Shown: positions 12,595 through 25,113 of the stretch, in pieces | How positions within the stretch are numbered: the stretch's first letter is position 1 | How the letters are laid out: each line of letters starts with the position of its first letter | Source of the DNA: Heterodontus francisci | Taxonomy: Eukaryota | Length of the DNA: 64,000 bases | Assembly (NCBI RefSeq): GCF_036365525.1 | Contig: NC_090375.1 | Location: 77,171,402-77,235,401, forward strand | Direction of reading: 5' to 3' | Program-made: the position numbers and the translations under genes | Notes under the pieces: generated by a model | What the model was told of the DNA's origin: nothing | Seen by the model: only the letters and a program-made list of their open reading frames with translations | Databases searched by the model: none

Positions 12595-14035
12595 CGATGC
12601 AGGAATAATTATATTTCACATGAGTAGCCAACTTTTGGCTTAGACTACTTTTCCAGAACAGGACTAGATAATCACAAACATGACTGAAGCAAGAGGCATT
12701 GAGTTAAAATATTCAGGACAGTCAGTCCTGGAGTGAGAGCAATGTACAGTGGTACATCTGCCCAATATAAAGTGCACATCTGTTTCCAACGGATTTTCCA
12801 ATTTGACCCCAAGTTACGTATGGGAGATGAGCTTCTGCCCACATGGACACATGCATACAAGTAGGATCTCTGATCTCTGAAGTATGGTGTATTTTTCCTT
12901 TGCGATACAGGGATAATACATAGAACCTGAAGTAAAAATGAGATGACAACTGGGTGGCCATAGAGTTAGAAAAAAAGCAGAGCTTTGTCTAATGAGTGAA
13001 TTATATGTTGTAATGATGCTCAAGTTCAGCATCTTCCAATTACTTGAAATAAGTTTTTTGAAATTTGCAGTGGAAACTTTGAAAGAGAATGAGGATTCTT
13101 TGGAAAGTAGAAGGAAGTCAGAAGTAAGCTGCAGCAAAAATTTTATGCAAGATTTTCCCTCCTCCTGCAAATAAAGTACATCGATTGGAGAAATGAAAGA
13201 AATGTTTTGAAGTTCAAGTCAATAAATTCTCTCAATTAAACTTTCATTTAATGTGAAATAAAGGGAAGGGGTTTAAATAATCACACTACTTCTCACCAAT
13301 AGAGGATTGCTGAATATGAATGGCCATATCAGTGGTTTATGTCTTTGAGACCCTGGTACATGCAATGAGGCAAAGGAAGGTTGCTTTGGTTTGAATACAA
13401 GAGCACCCTCCCTAGAGATCTGTATAAAATGCCGGTCAGAGGATAGTTGGCAAGGAGATTATTGTTTGCAATGCTCAATAGATCTTGCGCAAATGTAGAA
13501 GATGGCAGACCTGAGGGAAGATGCCATAGTAATGCGACCCAGCAGATTCTAATGGCAAGTATCTGACCCAAATATGCTTGCAACAAAGTGGGTCTTCAGA
13601 ACCCATTACCCTCTACTGCACATACACTGGAACATAGGAGCTGGAGTAGGCCATTCAGCCTGTCGAGCCTGCTCCGCCATTTAAATAGATCATGGTTGAT
13701 CACCTACCTCAACGCCATTTTCCCGCACTATCTCCATATCCCTTGATATCATTGGTAAACAGAAATCTATCGATTTCAGTCTTGAACAGGCTAAATGATT
13801 GGAATTCTCTACCCGAGTGGGCTGTGAAAGCTCAATCATTGGCCACCATCTGAATGATGAAATTCCTCCTCATCTCAGTCTTAAATGGCCTACCCCTTAT
13901 TCTAGACTCACAAGCCAGGGGAAACATCCTATCTACATCCACCCTGTCACGCCCTGTAAGAATTTTGCAAGTTTCAATGTGATCACCTCTCATTCTTCGA
14001 AACTCTAGAGAATACAGGCCCAGTTTCCTCAATCT

Positions 14036-14135
14036 AGGGGAGGCGATGGCATTGTGGCATTGTCATTGGACTAGCAACCCAGAGACCCAGGGTATTGCTC
14101 TGGAGGCATGAGTGTGAATCCTACCACAGCAGAAG
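14036..14135 (+). promoter_or_regulatory. tRNA-derived Pol III-type head (degenerate A and B boxes)
   Basis: A-box-like TGGCATTGTGG near 14047 and B-box-like GAGTGTGAATCC near 14110, at the very 5' end of the insertion. Confidence 0.6.
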
Positions 14136-17015
14136 GTGGAATTCGAATTCAAATAATAAATCTGGAATTAAAAGCTAGTCGAATGATGGCCATGAAACCA
14201 TTGTCGACTGTCGTAAAAACCCATCTGGTTCACTAATGTCCTTTAGGGAAGGAAATCTGCTGTCCTTACCTGGTCTGGCCGACATGCGACTCCAGACCCA
14301 CAATGTGGTTGACTCTTAAATGCCCTCTGAAATGGCCTAGCAAGTCACTCAGTTGTATGAAACCACTACAAAGTCAAAGAAGAATGAAACCGGACAGACC
14401 ACCTGGCATCGATCCAGGCACCAGAAACGACAACACCAAACCCAGCCCTGTCGACCCTGCAAAGTCCTCCTTACCAACATCTGGGGGCTTCTGCCAAAGT
14501 TGGGAGAGCTGTCCCACAGACTAGTCAAACAGCAGCCTGACATGGTCATACTCACGGAATCTTACCTTACAATGTCCCAGACACTGCCATAAACATCGCC
14601 AGAGTTGGCGGCACAGTGGTATACAATCGGGAGGGAGTTACCTTGGGAGTCTTCAACATCAACTCTGGACCGGCAGGTGGTGAGGGAACCAACAAGAGGG
14701 AAAAACATACTTGACCTCGTCCTCACCAATCTGCTTGCCGCAGATGCATCCGTCCATGACAGTATCAGAAGGAGTGACCACCACACAGTCCTTGTGCAGA
14801 TGAAGTCCCGTCTTCACATTCAGGATACCCTCCATTGTGTTGTGTGGCACTACCACCATGCTAAATGGGATAGATTTCGAACAGATTTAGCAACTCAAAA
14901 CTGGGAATCCATGAGGTGCTGTGGATCCTCAGCAGCAGCAGAATTGTACTCAACCACAATCTCTAACCTCATGGCCCAGCATATCCCCCACTCTACCATC
15001 ATCATCGAGCGGGGGTGGGGGGGCAACCCTGGTTCAATGAAAAGTGCAGGAGGGCATGCCAGGAGCAGCACCAGCTATACCTCAAAATGAGGTGCCAACC
15101 TGGTGAAGCTACAACTCAGTACTACTTATGTGCCAAACAGCATAAGCAGTATGCGATACAGCTAAGCGACCCCACAACCAACGGATCAGATCTAAGCTCT
15201 GAAGTCCTGCCACATCCAGTCGTGAATGGTGGTGTATAATCAAACATCTGACAGGAGGAGGAGGCTTCACAAATATCCCCATCCACAATGATATGGGAGC
15301 ACAGCACATCAGTGCAAAGGATAAGGCAGAAGCCTTTGCAACAGGCTTCAGCCAGAAGTGCCGAGTGGATGATCCATCTCGGCCTCCTCCAGAGGTCCCC
15401 AGCATTACAGATGCCAGACATCAGACAATTAAATTCACTCCACGTGTATCAATAAACGACTGAAGGCACTGGATACTGCAAAGGCTAGGGGCTCTGACAA
15501 CATTCCGGCAATAGTACTGAAGACTTGTGCTCCAGAACTTGCCGCGCCCCTAGCCAAGCTGTTCCAGTACAGCTACAATGCTGACATTTACCCAGCAAAG
15601 TGGAAAATTGCCCAGGTATGTCCTCTACACAAAAAGCAGGACAAATCCAACCCGGCCAATTACCGCCCCATCAGTCTACTCTCAATCATCAATGATGTGA
15701 TGGAAAGTGTTGTCGTTAGTGCAATCAAGCGGCACTTGCTTAGCAATAACCTGCGCAGTGACGCTCAGTTTGGGTTCCGCCAGGGCCACTCAGCTCCTGA
15801 CCTCATTGCAGCCTTGGTTCAAACATGGAGCTGAACTCCAGAGGTGAGGTGAGAGTGGCTGCCCTTAATACAAAGGCAGCATTTGACCGAGAATGGTATC
15901 AAGGAGCCCAAGCTAAACTGGAGTCAATGGGAACCAAGGGGAAAACTCATCACCGGTTGGAGTCATACCTACAAAGGAAAATGGTTCTGGCTGTTGGAGA
16001 TCAAATCATCACAGCTCCAGGACATCACTGCAGGTGTCCCTCAGGGTAGTGTCCTCGGCCCAACCATCTTCAGCTGCTTCATCAATGATCTTCCTTCAAT
16101 CGTAAGGTCAAAGTGGGGATGTTCGCTGATGATTGCACAATGTTCAGCACCATTCGCGACTCCTCAAATACTGAAGCAATGTCGAAACGCAGCAAGACTT
16201 GGACAATATTCAGCCTTGGGCTGATAAGTGGCAAGTAACATTCACGCCACATAAGTGCCAGGCAATGACAGTCTCAAAGAAGAGAAAATCTAACCATCTC
16301 CCCTTGACATTCAATGGCATTACAATCACTGAATCCCCCACTATCAACATCCTGGGGGTTACCATTGACCAGAAACTGAACTGGAGTAACCAAATAAATA
16401 CCGTGGCTAAAAGAGGTCAAAGGCGAGAAATCCTGCAGCGGGTAACTCACCTCTTGACTCCCCAAAATCTGTCCACCATCTACATCCACTTCCATCACGA
16501 GTATGATGGAATGTTCTCCACTTGTCTGGATGGGTGCAGCTCCAACAACACTCGAGAAGCTCGACACAATCCAGGACAAAGCAGCCCGCTTGATTGGCAT
16601 CCCATCCAGCACTTTCAACATTCACTCCCTTCACCACCGAAGCACAGTGGCAGCAGTGTGTACCATCTACAAGATGCACTGCAGCAATGTACCAACGCTC
16701 CTTTGACAACACCTTCCAAACCCACGACCTCTAGCACCTAGAAGGACAAGGGCAGCAAAAGCATGGGAACACCACCACCTGCAAATTTCCCTCCAAGCCA
16801 CACACCATCCTGACTTGGAACTATATCGCTGTCCCTTCACTGTCACTGGGTCAAAATCCTGAACTCCCTAACAGCACTGTGGGTGCAGCTACCCCACACG
16901 GACTGCAGTGGTTAAGAAGGCGGCTCACCACCACCTTCTCAAGGACAATTAGGGATGGGCAATAAATGCTGTCCTAGCCAGCAATGCTCACATCCCATGA
17001 ATGAATAATAAAAAA
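14036..17015 (+). mobile_element. TSD-bounded L2/CR1-group LINE with tRNA-derived SINE-like 5' head and single degenerate APE-RT frame
   Basis: TSD AATCT (14031-14035 / 17016-17020). APE VLLTNIWGL...[54 protein letters not shown]. Tail ...CACATCCCATGAATGAATAATAAAAA. Confidence 0.88.
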
Positions 17016-17256
17016 AATCTCTCCTCATAAGATAATCCTGCCATTCCAGGGATTAGTCTGGTGAACGTCCGTTGCACTCCCTCTCTGGCAAGTATATCCT
17101 TCTTTAGATAAGGAGACTATTACTATACACAATCCTACAGGTGCAGTCTCACAATTGCAGCAAGATATCTTTACTTCTGTACTCAAATTCCCTTGCAATG
17201 AAGGCCAACATACCATTTGCCTTCCTAATTGCTTGCTGCATCTGTCTACCTCACCT

Positions 17257-17455
17257 GAGTGAGACCGGCAGAGTTTAAAAGTTCAGCGGCAGCAGGAAGG
17301 AGCGAGACTGAGTGAGACTGGCAGAGTTTAAAAGTGCAGCAGCAGTGGGAAGGAGCAAGACTGAACGAGATGGGCAGAGTTTAAAAGTACAGCGGCAGCT
17401 GGAAGGAGTGAGACTGAATGAGACTGGCAGAGTTTAAAATTGCAGCGGCAGCACG
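17257..17455 (+). repeat. 53-bp tandem monomers (about 3.7 copies) in CR1 5' UTR
   Basis: Units start at 17257, 17310, 17363, 17416, each containing GGCAGAGTTTAAAA..CAGC.GCAG. Confidence 0.9.
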
Positions 17456-17732
17456 CCTGAGTTTTGAAAAAAAAAGCCAACAGTGACGTCACAGGAGAGC
17501 TGCAAGGCAATTGGTTGGTGAGTCACTACTGTTAGGGAATAGCTCTAAATAGCTGGGCGAGTATCTCAGGTAAGAAAAGTTTAAAGTTTATTTCAAATAT
17601 AGTAAGTACTGTTTTGTTTTTTTAACAGAGTTCTGTAGTTACGAGGACCAGGGAAGAAGGGCCCTTCACTAACTAATATTATTGGACATTAAGATCTTCC
17701 AGAAGGTTTAATTTAATTTAAAGGGTTAAGTC

Positions 17733-18445
17733 ATGGCAGGAGAGCTCAAAGCCGTGGTGTGCTCCTCGTGCTATATGTCGGAAGCCGGGAACATTTCCAG
17801 TGCCCGGGATCAGCATGTGTGTAGGAAATGCATCCAGCTGCAGCTACCAGAAGCCCGGGTTTCGGAGCTGGAGCGGCAGCTGGGGACACTGTGGAACATC
17901 CACGAGGCGGAAAGTATAGTGCATAGCACGTATAGAGAGGTGGTCACACCGCAGGCTCAGACCCCACAGACAGGAGGGGAATGGGTGACCACCAGGCAGA
18001 GCAAGAGGACTAGGCAGGCAGTTCAGGAATCTCCTGTGGCTATTCCCCTGCAAAACAGGTATACTGCTTTGGATACTGTTGGGGGGAATGGCCTCTCAGC
18101 GGAAAGCAGCAACAGCCCAATTCGTTGCACCACAGTTGGCTCTGCTGCACAGGGGAGGAGTAAAAAGTGTGGGAATGCAATAGGTATAGGGGATTCTATT
18201 GTAAGGGGAATAGATACGCATTTCTGTGGCTGCAAAAGAGACTCCAGGATGGTATAGCAAGATATATCGGATAAATACGTGGCTGAAGAGATGGTGTGAG
18301 GCACAGGGTTTTAGATTTCTGGGGCATTGAGACCAGTTCTGGGGGAGGTGGGACCAGTACAAACAGGATGGCTTTCACCTGGGGAGGACTGGGACTGATG
18401 TCCTAGGGGGAGTATTTGATAGAGTGGTTGGGGAGGGTTTAAATT
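17733..18445 (+). pseudogene. CR1 ORF1p: zinc finger, coiled coil, SGNH esterase with internal deletion
   Basis: CSSCYM...HVCRKC, heptad LQLPEARVSELERQL, IPLQNRY, IGDSIVRG. The middle of the esterase (HIGTND) is missing after 18255. Confidence 0.85.
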
Positions 18446-20143
18446 AAAATGGCAGGGGGATGGGAACCTTTGCAAGGAATCAGGGGAGGGGGGATCAAAG
18501 ACAAGAACAAGAGACAGTAAGGGGAATAAGAAAAGTAATAGGCAGAGAAATCAAGGACCAGAATCAAACTGGGCCACAGTGAAAAATAATGGGAAGGGGA
18601 CAAGTCATGTTAAAAAGACAAGCCTTAAGGCTTTGTGTCTTAACGCACGGAGCATTCTCAATAAAGTGGATGAATTAATCGCGCAAATAGATGTAAACGG
18701 GTATGATATAGTCGGGATTACTGAGACATGGCTGCAGGGTAACCAGGGAAGGGAAATGAACATCCAGGGATATTCAGTATTTGGGAAGGACAGACAAAAA
18801 GCAAAAGCAGCGGAGTTGCATTGCTGGTTAAAGAGGAAATTAACGCAATAGTAAGAAAAGATATTAGCTCTGACGATGTGCAATCTGTATGGGTAGTGGG
18901 GGTTATATATAGACCCCCAAACTGTAGTGGTGATGTTGGGAATGGCATTAAACAGGAAATTAGAGATGCATGCAATAAAGGAACATCTGTAATTATGGGG
19001 GAATTTAATCTGCATATAGATTGGGCAAATCAAATTAGTCACCATACTGTAGAGGAGGAATTCTTGGAGTGTATACGGGATGGTTTTCTGCACCAATACG
19101 TTGAAGAAACAACTGGAGAACAGGCCATCCTAGACTGGGTATTGTGTAATGAGAGAGGAATAATTGACAATCTAGTGGTGCGAGACCCCTTGGGGACGAG
19201 CGACCATAATATGATAGAATTCATTATCAAGGTGGAGAGTGATGTAGTTGATTCTGAGACAAGGGTCCTGAATCTTACTAAAGGAAACTACGAAGGTAAG
19301 AGGTGCAAGTTGGCCACGATAGATTGGGAAACGTTACTTAAAGGGATGTCGGTGGATAGGCAATGGCAAACATTTAAAGAGCGCATGGATGAACTACAAC
19401 AATTGCTTATCCCTGTTTGGCGCAAAAGTAAAATGGGAAAGGTAGCCAAACCATGGTTTCTAAGGGAAATTAGAGATAACATTAGATCCAAGGAAGAGGC
19501 AAATAAATTCGCCAGGAAAAACAACAGTCACGAGGATTGGGAGCAGTTTACAATTCAGCAAAGGCAGACCATGGGATTGATTAAGTAGGGGAAAATAGAG
19601 TACTCTTGTAGCTTGCAGAGAACATAAAAACTGACAGTAAAAGGTTCTATAGGTTTGTGAAGAGAAAAAGATTGGTGAAGACAAATGTATGTCCCTCACA
19701 GTCAGAAACATGGGAATTGATTATGGGGAATAAAGAAATGGCTGACCAACGAAATGCATACTTTGCTTCTGTCTTCACAAAGGAAGACACAAATATCATA
19801 CCAGAAATGTTGGGGAACACAGGGCTTAGTGAGAGAGAGGAACTGAAGGAAATCAGTATTAGTAGAGAAATGGTGTTGGGGAAATTGATGGGATTGAAGG
19901 CTGATAAAACCCCAGGGCCTGATGGCATGCATCCCAGACTACTTAAGGAAGTGGCCCTAGAAATAGTGGATGCATTGGCGGTCATCTTCCAAGATCCTAT
20001 AGACTCCAGAACAGTTCCTACAGATTGGAGGGTAGCTAATGTAACCCCACTATTTAAAAAGGGAGGTAGAGAGAAAGCAGGGAATTAGAGACTAGTCAGC
20101 CTGACGTCGGTAGTGGGGAAAATAGTAGAGTCCATTTCAAAGA

Positions 20144-23100
20144 ACAAAGAAGAGTACAGCACAGGAACAGGCCATTCGGCCCTCCAAGCCTGCGCCAATC
20201 TTGATGCCTGCCTAAACTAACACCTTCTGCACTTCTGGGGCCCATATCACTCTATTCCCTTCCTATTCATGTATTTGTCAAGATGTCTCTTGAACGTCGC
20301 TATCATATCTGCTTCCACCACCTCCCCCGGCAGCAAGTTCCAGGCACTCACCACCCTCTGTGTAAAAAACTTGCCTCGCACATCCCCTCTAAACTTTGCC
20401 CCTCGCACCTTAAACCTATGTCCCCTAGTAACTGACTCTTCCACCCTGGGAAAAAGCTTCTGACTATCCACTCTATCCATGCCGCTCATAACTTTGTAAA
20501 CCTCTATCATGTCGCCCCTCCACCTCCGTCGTTCCAGTGAAAACAATGCGAGTTTTTCCAACCTCTCCTCATAGTTAATGCCCTCCAAACCAGGCAACAT
20601 CCTGGTAAACCTCCTCTGTACCCTGTCCAAAGCCTCCACGTCCTTCTGGTAGTGTGGCGACCAGAATTGCACGCAATATTCTAAGTGTGGCCTAACTAAG
20701 GTTCTGTACAGCAGCAACATGACTTGCCAATTTTGATACTCTATGCCTCGACCGATGAAGGCAAGTATGCCGTATGCCTTCTTGACTACCTTATCCACCT
20801 GCGTTGCCACTTTCAGTGACCTGTGGACCTGTACGCCCAGATCTCTCTGCCTGTCAATACTCCTAAGGGTTCTGCCATTTACTGTATACCTCCCACCTGC
20901 ATTAGACCTTCCAAAATGCATTACCTCACATTTGTCTGGATTAAACTCCATCTGCCATTTCTCCGCCCAAGTCTCCAACCGATCTATATCCTGCTGTATC
21001 CTCTGACAGTCATCATCATTATCCGCAACTCCACCAACCTTTGTGTCATCCGCAAACTTACTAATCAGACCAGTTACATTTTCCTCCAAATCATTTATAT
21101 ATACTACAAACAGCAAAGGTCCCATCACTGATCCCTGCGGAACACCATTAGTCACATCCCTCCATTCAGAAAAACACCCATCCACTGATACCCTCTGCCT
21201 TCTATGACCCAGCCAGTTCTGTATCCATCTTGCCAGATCACCTTTGATCCCGTGTGACTTCACCTTTTGTACCAGTCTGCCATGCGGGACCTTGTCAAAG
21301 GCTTTACTAAAGTCCATACAGATAACATCCACTACCCTTCCTTCATCAATCATCTTCGTCACTTCCTCAAAAAACTCAATCAAATGAGTAAGACACGACC
21401 TCCCCTTCACAAAACCATGCTGTCTCTCGCTAATAAGTTCGTTTGTTTCCAAATGCGAGTAAATCCTGTCCCGAATAATCCTCTCTAATAGTTTCCCTAC
21501 CACTGACGTAAGGCTCACCGGCCTATAATTTCCTGCATTATCCTTGCCACCCTTCTTAAACAAAGGAACAACATTGGCTATTCTCCAGTCCTCTGGGACC
21601 TCACCTGTAGCCAATGAGGATACAAAGATTTCTGTCAAGGCCCCAGCAATTTCTTCCCTTGCCTCCCTCAGTATTCTAGGGTAGATCCCATCAGGCCCTG
21701 GGGACTTATCTACCTTAATGCTTTGCAAGACGCCCAACACCACCTCCTTTTTGATAACGACATGACCCAGACTATCCATACTCTCTTCCCCATCATCCAC
21801 CAAGTCCTTCTCTTTGGTGAATACTGATGCAAAGTACTCATTTAGTACCTCGCCCATTTCCTCTGGCTCCACACATAGATTCCCATCTCTGTCCTCGAGT
21901 GGGCCAACCCTTTCCCTGGTTACCCTCTTGCTCTTTATATATGGATAAAAAGCCTTGGGATTTTCCTTAATCCTGTTTGCCAATGACTTTTCATGACCCC
22001 TTTTAGCCCTCCTAACTCCTTGCTTAAGTTCCTTCCTACTGTCTTTATATTCCTCAAGTGCTTCGTCTGTTCCTAGCCTTCCAGTCCTTACAAATGCTTC
22101 CTTTTTCTTTTTGACCAGGCTCACAATATCCCGCGTTATCCAAGCTTCCCGAAACTTGCCAAAGTTGTCTTACTTCCTCACAGGAACATGCTGGTCCTGG
22201 ATTCTAATCAGTTGACGTTTGAAAGACTCCCACATGTCAGATGTTGATTTACCCTCAAACAGCCGCCCCCAATCTAAATTCTTCAGTTCCTGCCTAATAT
22301 TGTTTTAATTAGCCTTCCCCCAATTTAGCACCTTTACCCGAGGACTACTCTTATCCTTATCCACAAGTACCTTAAAACTTATGGAATTATGGTCATTGCT
22401 CCCCCACTGAATCTTCGACCACCTGGCCGGGCTCATTCCCCAATACCAGGCCCAGAATGGCCCCATCCCTAATTGGACTTTCTGCATACTGTTTCAAGAA
22501 GCCCTCCTGGATGCTCCTCACAAATTCTGCCCTATCCAAGCCCCTAGCACTAAGGGAGTCCCAGTCAATATAGGGGAAGTTAAAATCACCCACCACCACA
22601 ACCCTGTTACCTTTACATCTTTCCAAAGTCTGTCGACATATCTGCTCCTCTACCTCCTGCTGGCTGTTGGGAGGCCTGTAGTAAACCCCCAACATCGTGA
22701 CTGCACCCTTCCTATTCCTGAGCTCCACCCATATTGCCTCGCTGCATGACCCCTCTGAGGTGTCCTCCCGCAGTACAGCTGTGATATTCTCCTTAACCAG
22801 TAATGCAACTCCCCCACCCCTTTTACATCCCCCTCTATCCCGCCTAAAGCTTATAAAGCCTGGAACGTTTAGCTGCCAATCCTGCCCTTCCCTCAACCAA
22901 GTCTCTGTAATAGCAACAACATCATAGTTCCAAGTCCTAATCCAAGCTCTCAGTTCATCTGCCTTACCTGTTATACTTCTCGCATTGAAATAAATGCACT
23001 TCAGACCACCAGTCCTGCTGTGCTCCGCAACATCTCCCTGCCTGCTCTTCCTCTTAGTCCTACTGGCCTTAGTTACTAATTCCTCCTCATTTATTTCACT

Positions 23101-23176
23101 AGCTGTCCTACTGCTCTGGTTCCCATCCCCCTGCCACACTAGTTTAAACCCTCCCGAGTGACGCTGGCAAACCTTG
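20144..23176 (-). mobile_element. Young CR1 LINE, 5'-truncated at end of ORF1
   Basis: APE ORF 22393-23199 and RT ORF 20247-22124. Flanking TCAAAGA at 20137-20143 and 23177-23183. Confidence 0.95.
20247..22124 (-). CDS. CR1 ORF2 reverse transcriptase portion (625 aa uninterrupted), separated from APE by a stop and indels
   Basis: KSPGPDG, NYRPVSLTS, QHGF, DFSKAFDKVPH, GVPQGS, KFADD, DLGV, RPHLEYCVQFW. Confidence 0.85.
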   Translation of the reverse strand: MSLVKKKKEAFVRTGRLGTDEALEEYKDSRKELKQGVRRAKRGHEKSLANRIKENPKAFYPYIKSKRVTRERVGPLEDRDGNLCVEPEEMGEVLNEYFASVFTKEKDLVDDGEESMDSLGHVVIKKEVVLGVLQSIKVDKSPGPDGIYPRILREAREEIAGALTEIFVSSLATGEVPEDWRIANVVPLFKKGGKDNAGNYRPVSLTSVVGKLLERIIRDRIYSHLETNELISERQHGFVKGRSCLTHLIEFFEEVTKMIDEGRVVDVICMDFSKAFDKVPHGRLVQKVKSHGIKGDLARWIQNWLGHRRQRVSVDGCFSEWRDVTNGVPQGSVMGPLLFVVYINDLEENVTGLISKFADDTKVGGVADNDDDCQRIQQDIDRLETWAEKWQMEFNPDKCEVMHFGRSNAGGRYTVNGRTLRSIDRQRDLGVQVHRSLKVATQVDKVVKKAYGILAFIGRGIEYQNWQVMLLLYRTLVRPHLEYCVQFWSPHYQKDVEALDRVQRRFTRMLPGLEGINYEERLEKLALFSLERRRWRGDMIEVYKVMSGMDRVDSQKLFPRVEESVTRGHRFKVRGAKFRGDVRGKFFTQRVVSAWNLLPGEVVEADMIATFKRHLDKYMNRKGIE

Positions 23177-23539
23177 TCAAAGATTTTATAGCAGAGCACT
23201 TAGAGAACAGTGGTAGAATCGGGCAGAGTCAGCATGGATTTATGAAAGGGAAATCATGCTTGACAAATCTACTCGAGTTCTTCGAGGATGTAACTAGTAG
23301 AGTTGATGAGGGGGAGCCAGAGGATGTGGTTTATTTGGACTTTCAGAAGGCTTGAGACAAAGTCCCGCATAAGAGATTGGCATGTAAAATTAAAGCGCAT
23401 GGTACTGGGGGTAATGTATTGCGATGGATAGAAAATTGGTTGGCGGACAGGAAACAAAGAGTAGGGATAAATGGGTCTTTTTACGAGTGGCAGGTAGTGA
23501 CTAGTGGGGTACTGCAGGGATCAGTGCTAGGGCCCGGTG

Positions 23540-23871
23540 CTAGGGTGGCACAGTGGTTAACACCGCAGCCTCACAGCTCCAGTGACCCGGGTTCAGTTCT
23601 GGGTACTGCCTGCGCGGAGTTTGCAAGTTCTCAATGTGACCGTGTGGGTTTCCGCCAGATGCTCCGGTTTCCTCCCACCGCCAAAGACTTGCAGGTTGAT
23701 AGGTAAATTGGCCATTGTAAATTGCCCCTAGTGTAGGTTGGTGGTTAGAGAATGGTGGGGATGTGGTAGGGAATATGGGATTAATGTAGGATTAGTATAA
23801 ATGGGTGGTTGTTGGTCGGCACAGACACTGTGGGCCGAAGGGCCTGTTTCAGTGCTGTATCACTCTATGAC
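23540..23871 (+). mobile_element. HE1-like V-SINE (tRNA head, V domain, CR1-type tail)
   Basis: GGTGGCACAGTGGTTA A-box, GGTTCAGTTC B-box, V-domain-like GGAGTTTGCA...GTGGGTTTCC...CTCCGGTTTCCTCCCAC, tail GGGCCGAAGGGCCTGTTTCAGTGCTGTA shared with CR1 3' ends. Interrupts RT at QGSVLGP/QLF. Confidence 0.85.
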
Positions 23872-25113
23872 CCCAGCTATTCACAATATACATTAATGAT
23901 TTAGATGAGGGAACTAAATGTAATATCTCCAAATTTGCAGATGACACAAAACTGGGTGGGAGGGTGAGTTGCGAGGAGGATGCAGAGAGGCTTCAGGGTG
24001 ATTTGGACAAGTTGAGTGGGCTAATGCATGGCAGATCAAGTATATGTGGATAAATGAGAGGTTATCCACTTTGGTAGCAAAAACAGAAGGGCAGATTATT
24101 ATCTGAATGGCTATAAACTGAGAGAGGGGAATATGCAATGAGACCTGCGTGTTCTTGTACACCAGTCGCTGAAGGTAAGCATGCAGGTGCAACAGGTGGT
24201 AAAAAAGGCAAATGGTATGTTGGCCTTCATAGCGAGAGGATTCGAGTACAGGAGCAGGGATGTCTTGCTGCAATTATACAGGGCCTTGGTGAGGCCACAT
24301 CTGGAATATTGTGTGCAGTTTTGGTCTCCTTATCTGAGGAAGGATGTTCTTGCTATTGAGGGAGTGCAGCGAAGGTTTACCAGACTGATTCCTCGGATGG
24401 TGGGACTGACGTATGAGGAGAGATTGAGTCGGTTAGGATTATATTCGCTGGAGTTCAGAAGAGTGAGGGGGGATCGCATAGAAACCTATAAAATTCTAAC
24501 AGGACTTGACAGGGTAGATGCAGGAAGGATATTCCCAATGGTGGGGGAGTCCAGAACCAGGGGTCATAGTCTAAGGATTCTGGATAAACCTTTCAGGACT
24601 GAGATGAGGAGAAATATCTTCATCCAGAGAGTGGTGAGCCTGTGGAATTCACTACCACAGAAAGCAGTTGAGGCCAAAACATTGTATGTTTTCAAGGAGT
24701 TCGATATAGCTCTTGGGTCTAAAGTGATCAAAGGATATGGGACAAAAACGGGAACAGGCTATTGAGTTGGATGATCAGCCATGATCATCATGAATGGCGG
24801 AGCAGGCTCGAAGGGTTGAATGGCCTCCGCCTACTCCTATTTTCTATGTTTCTATGCTAGCTTTTAATTACTCATGAACAAGGAAAGCCAGGACCCTCTG
24901 GACACCAACACTTCCCAAACTCTCACCATTTAAGAAATATTCTTTGTTTTTCCTACCAAAGTGGATCACTTCACACTTATTCCCATTATATTCCATCTGC
25001 CATATTCTTGCCCATTCATTTAGCCTGTCCAAATTCCCTTGAAGCCTCCTTGCATCTTCCTCAGAACTTACATTCCCACCTAGTTTTGTGTCATCAAATT
25101 TGGAAATATTACA

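Larger units (their letters stand above)
17247..24856 (+). mobile_element. Near full-length CR1 (5' UTR repeats, ORF1, ORF2, tail), interrupted by a CR1 and an HE1 SINE
   Basis: ORF1 17733, APE LCLNARSI...GITETWL at 18579, RT halves joined across TCAAAGA duplication, C-terminus 24181-24765, tail TTTCTATGTTTCTATG. Confidence 0.92.

Noticed and set aside
14036-14135. Possible tRNA gene (also 23540-23610)
   Set aside because: Degenerate boxes, no complete cloverleaf, and both are heads of retroposons.
17257-17455. Regularly spaced GGCAGAGTTTAAAA repeats resembling a CRISPR array
   Set aside because: The intervening sequences are also homologous (whole 53-bp unit repeats), there are no cas genes, and the context is a vertebrate CR1 5' UTR.
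18605-21488. Numerous 60-160 aa ORFs antisense to CR1 ORF2
   Set aside because: Shadow frames of LINE coding sequence that recur in every CR1 copy, with no independent evidence of function.
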